NCBI RefSeq assembly: GCF_000143415.4
Contig: NW_003314272.1
Location: 1,620,374 to 1,684,373 of the forward strand
Origin: Selaginella moellendorffii
Taxonomy: Eukaryota; Plantae; Lycopodiophyta
Direction: 5' to 3'
DNA length: 64,000 nt
Within the stretch, counting starts at the first letter, position 1; each line of letters opens with the position of its first letter. This document shows positions 12,224 through 24,579 of the stretch, in pieces. The translations under genes and the position numbers were made by a program. Under the pieces are notes generated by a model. The model was not told where the DNA came from, made no database searches, and was given only the letters and a program-made list of their open reading frames with translations.

Positions 12224-14215
12224 TCACTTGCGCTTTTTCTTGGGCAGATCGATCTTCCCATACGATAGAAGCCTGCTCTGGGACATGTTAAGTCCCTGCT
12301 TCTTCCTCCTCCGTTTTTTCTTTCCGGGACCACTCTCTCCCTCCGCGGCAGCGCTGGCTCCTGGAGTGGTATCGACTTCCACTCCCTCGTTCTTCGTTTT
12401 CTTCCGTGGTGGCTGGTGTTCTTCAGCCTTGTCATGGAGACCTTCCACTTTCTTGTGCTGCTTCTCCTTCTTCGCCTTCTTCTCTGCCTCTCGCAGGGCC
12501 TGTTCTTCGCCAGGAACTTCCGTTTCATCGAGCTTCTCCTTTGTCTTCTCGCCTCTGATCTCCCTTGGTGCCTGCTCGTCAACTTTTCTCTTCTCCTTCT
12601 TTGCTATCTTTGCTTCTACTACTGCCGCTTCTTCCGCCTGAGCTTCCGGTTCTTTCTGCTGCTGTTGCTGCTGCTTCTTCTTTTTCTTCGCGTGTTCCTG
12701 AGAAACAGGAGTATCGCCACCAGTCCCTTCATTGGCAGCTTGCTTCTCCTTTTTCGCCTTCTTTGCCAAACGGTGATACTTGCCACGAGGAATCCATTCC
12801 TCCGTCCTGTATGGTGCCATTGCCTTCAACGACACGTACTGATTGAGCTCCTTCTCGTCCGCATCCAATATCTGTGCCGTCGACAAGCCAAACCTGTTCG
12901 GCCTCACTTGAGCGTACTTAAACCGCGTTGGCATGTCCGAAATCTTGTCTTCGTAGTCCAGGCTTACGAGTCCTTCGTCTTCACTCTTCTCTATCCCCTC
13001 ATCAAAATCCATGCCATCCATGCCTGCTGCTTCTCCATCACCAGAGTGGAAGTCTGGATCCTCTTCGTTGTAGTAGTCCTCGCCGAAAAGCTGCTGCATT
13101 TTCCTATCGTGCTCGTCCGGATCGAAGTCCTCCTCTAGATCACCCTCATCGATCTTACCAGGCCCCGCCTGGATCCCAGCAACAGTTTGGATCTTCGACA
13201 ACTTCTCCATCATCTCTTTCTTCTTCACGTTTTTGAGCCTCTTCACCTCTTCCTGCCTCGCCAACTCTGCCTGTGCCAGCCTTTCCTGCTTCTTCCGCCT
13301 CCGCTCCTTCCTCTTCTCGGATATCTTTCTCACCGAGTCCTCCACCACTCTCGAGTGTCCAAGTACCTGGGAATCGCCACCCTCCTCGAAACGAAAGTTA
13401 AGTAGAGACTCATACCGGTCCTGATCGTCGAGCTCCTCTTCCTCCTCACTCACTTCCCCAATCACATCCTCGTAAGACGGTAGCTTGTCTTTGTTCTTGT
13501 CGATCCATCCCTGGTTCTGGAGATAGTTCTTGAGAAACCTATCCTTCTCGTCGAGATCATCGTCCTTCCCAAAGTACTCTTCCAACTTCTGAGAAACAGG
13601 AGCTTCCTTCCTCAGTTTCTCGGCCTGTTCTTCCTCTCGCCTCAGCTCCTCTTTGCTCTTCTTCCTGACCGTGAAGAGCCCTTCCTCATCATCGTCCTCC
13701 TCGACCGCCGCAGCAAAACTCTTGCGAAGCGCATCTTTAAGCTCCTGCTGTTCTTGAGCATAGGTCTTGATGGGAGGATTTCCATCCTCCTCCTCGTCCT
13801 CGTCGCCCTCAGGATTTTCCAGAGCCTGCTTGGCCACAACATCTTTCAGATACACTGGTTTCTTCCTCTCCTTCAAAGCCTTCTCTTCCTCGACGTCTTC
13901 GTCTTCATCATCATCGTCTTCGAAAAACTTCACCTCTGGCTTGTAAATGCTGGGATCCTTCTTCTTGATCCTGGCTAGCGTCTCTAAAATTCGAACCTCG
14001 GTCTTCTCCGGCAGCACTCCATCCTCGTCTTCATCCTCCTCCTCGGACGACGAATCCGTGTCCACAAGCCCGCGCTTTCGAAGCTCTTGCAGCCGCTGGA
14101 GATCCTCCCGCCGCTTGTTGTGCTCCAGCCTCTTCGCGTACTCCTCGTTTATCCGCAGCGTCGGCTCAGCCTCGCCATCGCTGCCGTCGTCGAGAAGCGC
14201 GAGCTTGGCCGCCAT
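12224..14215 (-). CDS. KRI1: KRI1-like 40S ribosome biogenesis protein (intronless)
   Basis: LRINEEYAKRLEHNKRREDLQRL, NFRFEE, RFKYAQVRPNRFGLSTAQILDADEKELNQYVSLKAMAPYR (Kri1_C), SRLLSYG tail; the first true ATG (MAAKLALL) is at 14215. Confidence 0.92.
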   Translation of the reverse strand: MAAKLALLDDGSDGEAEPTLRINEEYAKRLEHNKRREDLQRLQELRKRGLVDTDSSSEEEDEDEDGVLPEKTEVRILETLARIKKKDPSIYKPEVKFFEDDDDEDEDVEEEKALKERKKPVYLKDVVAKQALENPEGDEDEEEDGNPPIKTYAQEQQELKDALRKSFAAAVEEDDDEEGLFTVRKKSKEELRREEEQAEKLRKEAPVSQKLEEYFGKDDDLDEKDRFLKNYLQNQGWIDKNKDKLPSYEDVIGEVSEEEEELDDQDRYESLLNFRFEEGGDSQVLGHSRVVEDSVRKISEKRKERRRKKQERLAQAELARQEEVKRLKNVKKKEMMEKLSKIQTVAGIQAGPGKIDEGDLEEDFDPDEHDRKMQQLFGEDYYNEEDPDFHSGDGEAAGMDGMDFDEGIEKSEDEGLVSLDYEDKISDMPTRFKYAQVRPNRFGLSTAQILDADEKELNQYVSLKAMAPYRTEEWIPRGKYHRLAKKAKKEKQAANEGTGGDTPVSQEHAKKKKKQQQQQQKEPEAQAEEAAVVEAKIAKKEKRKVDEQAPREIRGEKTKEKLDETEVPGEEQALREAEKKAKKEKQHKKVEGLHDKAEEHQPPRKKTKNEGVEVDTTPGASAAAEGESGPGKKKRRRKKQGLNMSQSRLLSYGKIDLPKKKRK

Positions 14216-14225
14216 ATGCCCTAGA

Positions 14226-14235
14226 AAAACCCTAA
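14226..14235. promoter_or_regulatory. Telo-box (AAACCCTA) immediately upstream of KRI1
   Basis: aaaaccctaa ~10 bp from the ATG; telo-boxes are typical of ribosome-biogenesis genes. Confidence 0.5.
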
Positions 14236-14247
14236 ATTCCCATTTGG

Positions 14248-15582
14248 CTAATCTGAGGCTGGAAAACTGAAGATTATGGCAATATGGCTGGTCACCACGA
14301 AGACGCCGACACGGATTTCCACTTCCACCAAGCTTTCTTGACTCCTCTGCCTCAGCTTTAGCTTCTTCAGGGTTGCTTGCCACCGTGACGTGCTTGCTAC
14401 TCTCGAGATGCAGCCATCGTCGGTGACTTTCAGCAGTTCACTCAAACGGCCAAAGGAAATGAACACCTTGGCGTATCCACGAGAGCGTATCTCCCTGCTT
14501 CAATACCGCGTCCATGCCAGTCACTATTTGCACCCCCAAAACGAGCCTCTCGTTGTCTCCAAAGCAAACGACCCCCGGGTGGCTGAACTTCACAGGTGCG
14601 AAGAAACGAGAAATCTTGTCGGCACGCAGCAAAACGGGGGAGAAATCACCTTCGAATCGAACAACCGCTTTAGGTCTGAAGTAAAGCTGCAGACCTTGCG
14701 CGTCAATAACGACACCATAGTGTTTGATGAAAATGAGAGTTGCCATTTCGGCGTTCCACCCAACCCGAGCACTGTTGTCGTCGTGCCGGATCAGCCTTGT
14801 CCATTCGCTGATACCATTACTAGCCTCAAAGTCGGACCTGCACTGCAGAGTCTCGGTGATGAGCGCCATAGTGCATGCACGCAGAGAATCTGATAGACAT
14901 TTTCCTGTTCCTGTCTCTGTATCCACGTAGAAGCATCTAGTGTCTAGTGCGTCCGGCAACTCCGTTATAATCGTTTCCACTCCGCCAACCACGGATACGA
15001 AGCGCCTCCAGCGAGATGGCCTCTGGGAGATACTCTTGTACGCCAGCTTCGTACATGTCGGACGTGGCCCGTAGCTTCCTGGTCCCGTAATGAGCAACAA
15101 GCCTGGGAACCCAGCCAGTGTCACTTTTGAATTCCGAGCAGAGCTGCATGTCGGACAAAGTCAGCTGCTCTTCAGATCCATCAGCCTGCTTAATCGCGTC
15201 GGTAAGCCGTAAAATCACACATTTCATTTACCTTAATGCGTTTCGCATTCCGCTTCCGGTGTTCTTGCCTTCTGGGAAGCCTGCAAAACGCCACAATCGG
15301 ATCCTCCTACTCCAAACCATTAGTAGGCTTTAAAGGAAGTAAACACTATGCTCACCTCCGCTTGGAGCCGCCCGGCACGACAAACCTCGTGCTCGCAATA
15401 TGCATGCAGTTCTTTAGCCTGTTGGATGAAACGAAAAGCACACAAGTTAGCCCCAGGCCACTTAACGTTGTAACCACCTGTGACTAACATGTACGTAGGG
15501 CTTTTGTCGCTCACTAATCTGTTCCTCCGCATACTTCGGACGGACGAGCAGTAGACAACGACGTGCTCCAGTTGCTCTCCAT
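14248..15582 (-). other. Hypothetical spliced gene or pseudogene of unknown family
   Basis: Protein-like ORF segments (14937-15227, 14438-14900, 14248-14466) with GT-AG intron-like gaps, but also frame breaks; no recognisable domain. Confidence 0.3.
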
Positions 15583-15769
15583 AAAATGGTAAGCCTCGTC
15601 CCTTCTTTCCGCGCTGGCAGCCGCCGGTTATCTCTTCAGCGTGGTGTCAAACGCGTTGAAGCTCCTCTGACGATCTCGACAGGATCCAAGAATCTAATCC
15701 TTTCAAGGTCCAGCACTGGAAGGTCGTCTATGTAGCCCAACAAAAGAGGCAGCCACATTGTCCTCAAGG

Positions 15770-16840
15770 GATCATGGACGAAGTCTTCGCCATTGACCTT
15801 CTTGGAGGTGGTCGTCCAAAGTTGCCGAAAGATGTCCAGCCACAGTAGCAAGAACAGTGGTCTTCCCAGACCCCGGAGTTCCAGTAATAATACCTGGAGG
15901 TTGCGAGACGTGGTGTCCTGGACGACCATCGTCTCCGCCGCTAAGCGCAAGCCGGATGCTAGCGCCCTCGTCCACGCCAAAGATTCCTTCGAGAGAATGG
16001 CGCAGTGGTGCGCAGTGTCGTGGAACGCCATGCTCTCAGCGTATGCCCATTGCGGGATCCCTGGAGGAATCCACCATCGCCCTCCCCGCTCGCCTGGACT
16101 GGCTTGATCCGGGCGCATCTCCAGGGAGGAGATCTCCCCCAAGCCTGGGAGATCTTCGAGAGGCCACAGCGCGATGCTAGCGAATCTCTTGCTGTCCTTG
16201 CACCTCCAGCTCGGGAATCGCGACAGTGTCATCGATCTCTTCCAGAGGATCCATCGCAGGGACACCACCTCGTGGAACGTCCTGGTGTCGATCAATGCCA
16301 GCAGAGGGAGGATCGGCGACGCGATCAATATCTTCCATATATGAACTAAGAGGGCCTGGCGCCAGACTCCATGACCTTCATCACGCTCCTGGCAATGTCG
16401 TGCATCGTCGACAATCTTGCGAAATCGGGCGAGCTCGGGCATGCCGAGAGGGCGATTCGCCAAATCCCCTGTATGTAAACTTTGACGAGGGCGCTCGGCT
16501 TGAGCTTAGTGGCGGAGACGATGGTCGTCCAGGACACCATGTCTCACGCGCGCTTCTGTGAGGAGAATCACTGGCACTGGGGCAGTGGCGAGTTCTGGGC
16601 GTGAGACGCGAGCATGAGATTCCAGGAGAAGATGTCACGGCCCATGGATTGGAAGACCGAGATCGACTGTGCAATGCCATACATCTGGAGGAGGAGATTG
16701 TCGAGGTAGCTCTGGTGCCTGTGCGAGAGCGAGGATTGGGCGATGGCGGCGTGGATGCGCCGGCCATTTGCAAGATCCGCGGGCTCGGAACACGATCGCA
16801 GGCTCGATGCCTAGCCGTGCGAGAGGACGGGCATCGCTAA
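15770..16840 (+). pseudogene. Degenerate PLS-class PPR fragments with local inversion
   Basis: RDVVSWTTIVSA, VSWNAMLSAYAHCG and RDTTSWNVLV motifs broken by frameshifts; 16480-16545 is an inverted copy of 15905-15975. Confidence 0.75.
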
Positions 16841-16880
16841 AGACGCTTAAACCCTAAACCCTAAATTTCCTTCCAGCTCC

Positions 16881-18692
16881 ATGGCGATGGTGAGCGGCGG
16901 CGTCGCGTCCCGGGCGCTCCTCCGCGTGCTGGGCAGGCGGCGCTGCCTCCACATTTCGGCGCTCGCATTGTCCACACCGCGCGGCACCGACAGAGGATTC
17001 GTTCTCTCTCGCGGTGAGTTCACAGCATTGGCGCCCGCGGCAAGGCGATCGGGATGGACGGGTCTGTCCATTCCAGGTTCGCGTCTCTATTCCAGGTTGA
17101 TCTCCCCGCTCGTGAAGCCGCAAGAGTATGATGTGGATGCCTGGAGCGACACTCCTTATCTCGAGTACATTGTGGGATTGGAGCCGGAGGGATCCACTCC
17201 GGCCACTTCCACTGGCGGATCGACGCTGGCGGGAGTCAGGGGTGACAAGAGGCCGCATCCCGGCTACGCAGCGCGGCTCATCCGGCTCAGGATCGAGAAT
17301 GGTGCCGCTGTCAAGGCGAGAGAGGCCATCCTCGACGAGAAGAGCTACATGAGAGACTTTGGAAGGTTTTGGATTCCAATGGTGGCCGATCTCATGGGAG
17401 GACCGCATCACCACCACAGTCTGGAGGTAAGTGACTGCTTTGTTCTTAGATCTTCGCTCCTTGTTCTGATAAGCTTGTCTTAGATCTTCACTTGGATGAA
17501 AGACCATCCTACTGTTCTAAAATCCGCGAGGGTCATGGAGCTCGACCGGCTCTACTCGATGATGATCTCCTACGCCGGCGTGGTCGGGCACACAATGCTG
17601 GCTCGGAGCTGGTTTGACGACATGTTCGAGAAGGGAATGAGGAAATCCAGCCAGTGCTGTAACGCGCTCATCATCGCCTACGCCAAGGACAACGACCTCG
17701 ACAGCGCCATGCAAATCCTCCACGGCATGAAGCAGTTCTCCCGCGAGTGCTCGCCAAACGCCATGACGTACCACATCCTCATCGCCATGTTTGCGCGCTA
17801 CCACCACTGGCAAGGCCTCGAGGCCATGGTGAGGGAGTGCCGGGATGCCGGGCTCTCGCCCGACGCCATAACTTTCAACACGCTCTTGCACGCCTACGCG
17901 AAAATGGGACGCATGGACAGGTTCGAGAGCACGTTCCAGGAGATGGAGCGGGTTTGCAGGAAAGGTGACGAGCCTTTCAAGCGAAGCCCGGAGACCTTCG
18001 CCGCGCTGCTCATCGGCTATTCTCGCCTGGACGCGCTGGGCAGGTTCCACCAGGTTCTCAGCGAGATGCGAGAGGAAAGCTCCCAGCTGCCGCAGAACAT
18101 CGCGGTTCCGGCGGTGGAGGAGGCCGCCAAGGCTCACAGCAGGACTGCGACCGTGGAAGGGATAGAGAAGCTGATCGAGTTTGTGGAGACAACTCCAGAG
18201 ATCGCATCGACGTCGGCGTTCCAGAGCTATGTCGTTGAGTCGTATGCGCAATGCGGCCGGCTCGAGGAGATCGAGAACTACTTGGGAGGAGTGATCGACC
18301 GCAAGGATGGCAGCTTTGTGGAGGACCCAGCGTTTGAGTCCATGGTGGGAGCTTTTGGCCGGAGAGGCGTGGAACAGCCCGAGAGCAAAGCGGTGGAGAG
18401 GGTGTACACGATCTACGCGAAGTGTAGAGAGGCGGGTATGGAGCTAAGTTTGCATTGCTACGAGAGTGTCGTGTCGGAGATGGCCAGGGCAGGGAGTTAC
18501 GAGAGGATGGAGGAGGTGGCCGCGGACATGGAGGCGGCAGGGGCAAAATGGCCGGCCAAAACGCTACGAGCTCTTCTGGATGCGTACCAGAGATCTGGGA
18601 ATGGCGCAAAGGTGGCGGAGATGTCCGAGAGGCTGAAAGATGTATCGCAAGAAGCGGAGATGCCAGACACCAAGGTTGCGGCTGCTTGCTGA
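16881..18692 (+). CDS. P-class pentatricopeptide repeat protein, probably organelle-targeted; one intron (~17427-17483)
   Basis: Arg/Leu/Ser-rich N-terminus; PPR motifs CCNALIIAYAK, PNAMTYHILIAMFAR, PDAITFNTLLHAYAKMG; gtaagt..cttag intron joins the two ORFs; tandem telo-box at 16848-16865. Confidence 0.85.
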
Positions 18693-18736
18693 GTAATGAT
18701 TGTAGTCCATGTATTTTAGAGATGGTATACAAGCTT

Positions 18737-19470
18737 TCAACTATCATGGCGTCCAAATCGTCTGTTTCCTCCCTGAAACTCCACCAGAGCTCTCACGTAA
18801 GCTTCCTCTCGGAAATCGGGCCATAACTTTCTGTCAAACACCAATTCTGTGAAGATGAAGTTGTTCACTATGAAGTTGCTCAATCTTTGCTCCCCGCTGG
18901 GGTCGCCCACCTCTTCGTCCCACTCGGTGAGCATCTTCTTCCTGATCAATGTCACTTGCCCTTACAGCTCCGCACTCAACTTCGAAGGCTATTCGCCGGC
19001 AATCTTGAACAACATCTTCTCGGCTGCCATAGGCCGTGGGCAGAATGAACTTCAGACCCTTGCTATTGCTAGTCATCACGTGTGCCTCGGCAATCCTTGC
19101 CTGAAGAGAGCTTGGAAGCAGAGACACGTCCCCAATGCAGCGAACTTTGAACCCATCCCTGTAAGCTTGCAAACAATCATGGGGAAGATCATCAAAAACT
19201 ATAGCTTAATACGGTGTTGGGATGATCAAGCGTGAGGATGTTCTCCAGGTGAGCCAGAACTCAACTTGTCTCAGCTTCACGATTGATAGTGCAAATGCCG
19301 TGAATGATTTGATCCCCCACTGGTTGGAGATCCGAGCGATGTCTCCAGGAAACACGCTTCAACACCTTTATCGACAGAGAGGCCATTGGCTTTCGGTCCA
19401 GCAGAGATTCCCATCGCAACATGCCGAGGCAGACGCAAATTCCAGAGGCATGCACACCCTGCAAGCTATT
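18737..19470 (-). pseudogene. cis-prenyltransferase (UPPS-like) pseudogene
   Basis: VRCIGDVSLLPSSL, AYGSREDVV, SGEQRLSNF, TELVFDRKLWPDF..RRFGR motifs split by frameshifts; the DLLIRT part is missing. Confidence 0.85.
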
Positions 19471-19699
19471 TCACTCTGCGAGGCAACCTGTGTATTATTG
19501 CAAGAGTAAACACTTCAAGGTCCTGGATCTTTATTAATGTCAGAAGCTTTGATCCCATTTGTTAACAACAACTTCCATGCTTACCAGTATATTTGGGCGC
19601 CCTGTTTGTTCGGCATCTGTGAACAATTCAGTAGTAAATTAGCAAAATTACAGTAGAAACATTTTTATAGAAAAAATTTTGCACTCTACACTTTGGCCC

Positions 19700-22600
19700 T
19701 TTTCACTGCCACTGCTGTTATGGTTTGTGGGATTAATGCATTTAAGGGTGAGCAACACATAAATAAGAGTGGGATATAATCTTGATGATAGTGATGAAAG
19801 CCAAAAAGGACATCCACAGCAGTGCAGCTAGTATTCTTTTTTATCTAAGTGTTACACATAAGTTTTTGAGCTCCAAGGTGGTGAAGAAATTTAGTTTGCG
19901 GTTATGGTAGATGGATGTAGGACTTGTGTTTATGGTGAATGGACTGTGAGTGTTCCTTTGATGGTTTAAGAAATTTTCAATTCTAAATTATAAATCTTGG
20001 TTATATAAATGTTATTCTTGGGAAGGAATGGTTTTATGATAAAAAGCTAAAGATCAATTAAGAGCATAATATTTTATATATCAAAATTAATGGCATTGTG
20101 AAAGAGATTGTTAACAGTGTTAGAATAGACAATAGTGATACTCCATTAATCAATACTTTGCAATTTGTGTCATACATGCATGAGATAATTGTATTTTTTT
20201 TTTTTAATATGATCATATCTAATTTGGAGTACATTTGTGGGCATAGGGCTTGTGTGAACTACATTCAAGAGGAGTTTCGTGATGTACTTCTAGATGAGTT
20301 GTTTTGCCTTTCAAACATGGAATTTAACATGAGATTGACTTAGTTCTTAGAGCTACTAATAATTGACTTATACTAGTCTTACTGAAGATGAAGAGATTAA
20401 TAGATCACTTGTTAAATACCTTTAGAAGGGGTGGTCATGGATAAGTAAATCTTTTTAGGTTGCTCTTGTAGTGATGGTCCAGAAGAAAGATGGTATATGG
20501 CATCACTACATGAATTATAAGGAATTAAATGATAAGACAATACAAAATATATTCTTAATCCCTTATATTGGTGATTTGCTCAATAGTCTTCGTGATGCTT
20601 GATATTTTACAAAGATTAATTTGAGGCAAAGGTATCATCAAATTTGTGTTAAGCCAAAAGATGTCCTGAAGACTACATTTTGGATGAGAATAAGGATGCC
20701 ATTTGGTTTAATGAATGCTCTTATAAGTTTTTAAAGATTGATGAATCAAGTTCTAGAGGAAAGTTTATAATTTATTATTTTGATGATATCTTGGTGTTCA
20801 ACTCTTCAATGGAGGAACATGAGATGCATGTGTAAAATGTTTTACAACTTTTAAGGGATAACAAGCTCTACTTGAAGTTATCTAAGTGTTAGTTTTTTTT
20901 AGAAGAGATTTGATATCTTAGGCATTTGATTTTAGTATATGGTATGGAAGTTGATCCTACAAAGATCCAAATCATGGTTAATTAGCCTATACCTTCAATT
21001 GTGCATAATCTTTGTAGTTTCTTTAGTATAGCTAGAGTTTTTTGACAATTTATGAAGGACTTTTCACAAATAACTACTCCCTTGACTAATCTTCTTCAAA
21101 ACACATCAAAGCATACTACTATCATAGTTAGGATGAAAAGTGCCAAATGGCATTTCAATGTTTGAAGCAATATTATATCTTTGTTTCTGTATTGAAGATT
21201 TTTGATTTGAAAAGCCTCTTGTGGTCAAAATAGATGTAATTAATATTGCTAATAGGCCCATATTGCTTTAAGTTGAGCATCCTCTTGTATACATGAGGCA
21301 GAAGTTTGATGTTATACAACAGAATTGGCCTACTCAAGATATGTATAATGTGATTGCTAATATAAAGGAAAGGCAATATTATCTATATGGATCAAATTTC
21401 CATGTGAATTCAGATCATTAATCTCTCCAATATTTCAGTCTTCAAAAGGATCTTCGAGGCCACCATGCTTGTTGGTAAGAGTTCATGTAAGAAATGTCCG
21501 TTAAGATCTAATACAAACATAGAGGTGACAATAAAATAGTTAATGCATTATCTAGGATGGTAAATTCTATTTCATTGTGAAGCTATCCAATGATCTCTTA
21601 GATAAGCTTAAGGAGTTTTTTGACTTTGACTCCTTTATCACTGATATTCGTATGAAGGTTTTGTTGAGGGATGCTTCTACAAACTTGAAAGGTGACAAAT
21701 TTGTGTTATTCAAGATACAAGATAGAATCCTAGTGAAGAAGGGACATGTAATGGTTTTTCGTGTTGACAAACTATTTTGGTTAAGTGTCATGATATGCCA
21801 AGTGTTGGGCATTCAAAAGTACTGAAAAACATATATATTGGTGAAAAGGTATTTCTTTTAGCTTAGGATGAAGTTTGATTGTTTAATTTACTATGTGGTC
21901 AAAGTTGATCATCAGAAGTTCATTAGCCTTTATCATCCTCTATATATACCCAAGAATAAATAGGATAATGTCTTAATGAATTTTATCACTAGTTTACCTA
22001 AGACTTTTCAAGGAAATGATGTTATTTGGGTTGTTGTGGATCATTTGACAAATATAACTCACTTCTTTTTAGTGAACACAACAATTAAAACTTTTAAAAT
22101 TGTTTAGTTATTTGTAGATCAATTATTCAATTTCTATGGTTTGTCGAGTGTGATTGTAATCCCAAGTTCACATCTAAGTTTTGGCAAATGGTCTTTAAGA
22201 AGCTAGAGATTAAGTTGAGCATGAGTAGTGGTGAACATCCAAATCTTTTTTTTTAGTGTTTTTTAGGTACATAAACTTATGTTTATGTGAGAGCAAAACA
22301 ATGTAATCCAAACTTTTTGATTGAGAAAAGTAGTGAAAGGTTGTGATTCATCATTCACAGGGGATTAGTTGTTGGAAGATATGTTAAAGTCTTTTGTGGG
22401 AAACATGACTCGACAAGGAGTATGGGAGAAGTACTTATTTTTACTTCAGTATGCTCACAATAATGTTTGTTAATCGGCTAATGGTATATCTCCATTCATG
22501 GCAATGTATTGTTATAAGCCTAGGTCTCTTGAGTTTGGCTTTGGTTCGGGTGCTTCATGCTTATGATTTTTTGGAGGATATGCAAAATAAACTTGAGTTG

Positions 22601-23600
22601 GCAAAGTTAAACATGAAACAAATTCAAGATTGAGACAAAAGATTGGCTAATGAGTATTATAGTCATCAAAGTATAAAGTTAGTGACAAGGTTTTCTTTAA
22701 GCTATTGAATGCACAACAATCTCTGAAAGGAGGTGGCAATTCTAAATTATCTTTATAGTATTGTGGGCCTTGGACAATTTTACAACATGTGGGGGATTCT
22801 GCTTACCTTTAAAACTTGCTATTAATTCAAAGATTCATCCAATGTTTTATATAAGTAAACTTAAAACATGTTTACACTCTAGTGGTATTGTGGATTAGTC
22901 CATCATCCAAATCCCAAAGATTAATGTTGAGAAGGCTAATTTGGCCAATATTCTTACTCAAAGATTGGTGAAAACACACTAAAAGACAACTCAAGAGTTA
23001 TTAGTTCAATGGAATAATTATTCTATAGACAAAGTTACATAGGAAATTGAGAATAATATAAAGAGAATGTTTCGTTTAGTTATAACTTAAATAACATTCT
23101 TAAGGAAGGGGAGAATTAAGTTTTATAACCATATTGTTATATGATTTGAGTTGTTTGTTCTATTCTCATTCTATTAATAATATTATTTTCCAAAAAAGCT
23201 ATATTGTTTTCTTTCTTTCGTGGCTATTTATTATGACATTAGTGTTGTCATTTGCACATTTTTTCTCATGGCCATATTGTCTTGGACTCCCTTCATGTGA
23301 GGCTTATTTAGCTTTTTAAGACTAGCATCCCTGGTTAATTCATGGGGAGGGAAGAATAACATGAACCATAAAATATTTTATAACTTGTGGGATTTAATTT
23401 TTAATGGCCTAAAGTTCACTCCTTGTTCATTTTAATTTGTCAGAAAAGTAAGTTCACAACCATAATATTCAACTAAGTCTTCTCTAAGAATCTAATAGTA
23501 CAATTTCAAATTCTATCAAGCTTCAATTGCTTCTTGGTGTTAAGATTTATGGGCCATCTTTGGGAGGCTGTGTATCTAACACTATCCTCTAAACCATAAT
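19700..23600 (+). mobile_element. Heavily decayed Ty3/gypsy (chromovirus-like) LTR retrotransposon
   Basis: Protease remnant (ILGKEW), RT (VQKKDG..YKELN, MPFGLMNA, FDDILVF), integrase (MNFITSLPKT..IWVVVDHLT), GPW motif (YCGPWTI), chromodomain-like LVQWNNY, polypurine tract aaggaaggggagaa at ~23102-23115; many stops, CpG-depleted. Confidence 0.85.
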
Positions 23601-23782
23601 GAAGTTGGCCATAGAAACTTAGTCACATTCTGCCAAAGCAGTCCAAGGCCCATTGGCCCCATTTGGAGGTACCGAGAGATCCAAACGCTAATATTTCAAG
23701 CTCTCGCAAAAAGCATTGCTAGATCGACCCCCTTATATACTCAAACCATGGCACTTTGCCACGTGTCGTGCCACCACGAATT

Positions 23783-24103
23783 TTATTTACTGGGAGCTGA
23801 ACTCTCGGCCAAATCTCCACTTAGCGATTGCAGCCTGGCAATGGCAGCCTGTATTTGATCCTCCCAGAATTTGGGACCCTGGCTCTCACTTCCCTCCGTG
23901 GCACTGCTCCACGGTCTCTTGGCCAGATTCGCGTCCTTGCAGCTCAACCGCTCTATGATCTTTTGAATCTTGTCCTGGATCCTGGCAAGTGCTGCCAATT
24001 GTGCTTCTTTCTCCTTGTTGAGACATCTGTCGCTGCGATCTACTACTTCTACCCCTTGCTCCATCTGAAAGACAGTAGATCTAGAGGCTATCTCCAATTC
24101 CAA
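23783..24103 (-). other. Hypothetical short coiled-coil ORF
   Basis: 106-codon protein-like helical ORF (EKEAQLAALARIQDKIQKIIERL) with non-ATG start; may be the last exon of an unrecognised gene. Confidence 0.25.
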
Positions 24104-24579
24104 TTCGAAGTTAGCAGAACCTTGGATGCATTTTTTAGTGGTGAAGATTCTGGATCATCGCTGGCCTCGAGTTCCCGAACGCGGAAGCCCTGAATTCTGC
24201 GAGAGTGGTAGCACATACGTCAAAATCACTTCAATGTCACAACTTTCTTTATTTCCAACCACTCCTGAAAGACTCTAAAGATTATGGAGGATCACTTGAC
24301 CTTGTCTTTCCTTCATCGCTGGGGATTCTACAGCAGAGAATTGCTTGTAATCGCCTCCTAATGCCCATTCTCTCCTGTCAAACCATAATAAAGATTTAGA
24401 ACCAGCTCAAAATCTCGGAGAGAAAGTTCTTCCAACTTTAATATTAGAGAGCGAAATGAATCAAGCTGGTTGGCACCAACGGCATTCTCTGATCTTCTCT
24501 AGCAGGGAATTTTTCTTCAATTGAAAAACAAAAAAAAACAACAGAGGAAAACGCCTGCCACTGACAAACTTGTCATAGT

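Noticed and set aside
14216-14383. N-terminal extension of the 719-aa KRI1 ORF
   Set aside because: Starts at GTG, crosses a telo-box and lies upstream of the first ATG where family similarity begins.
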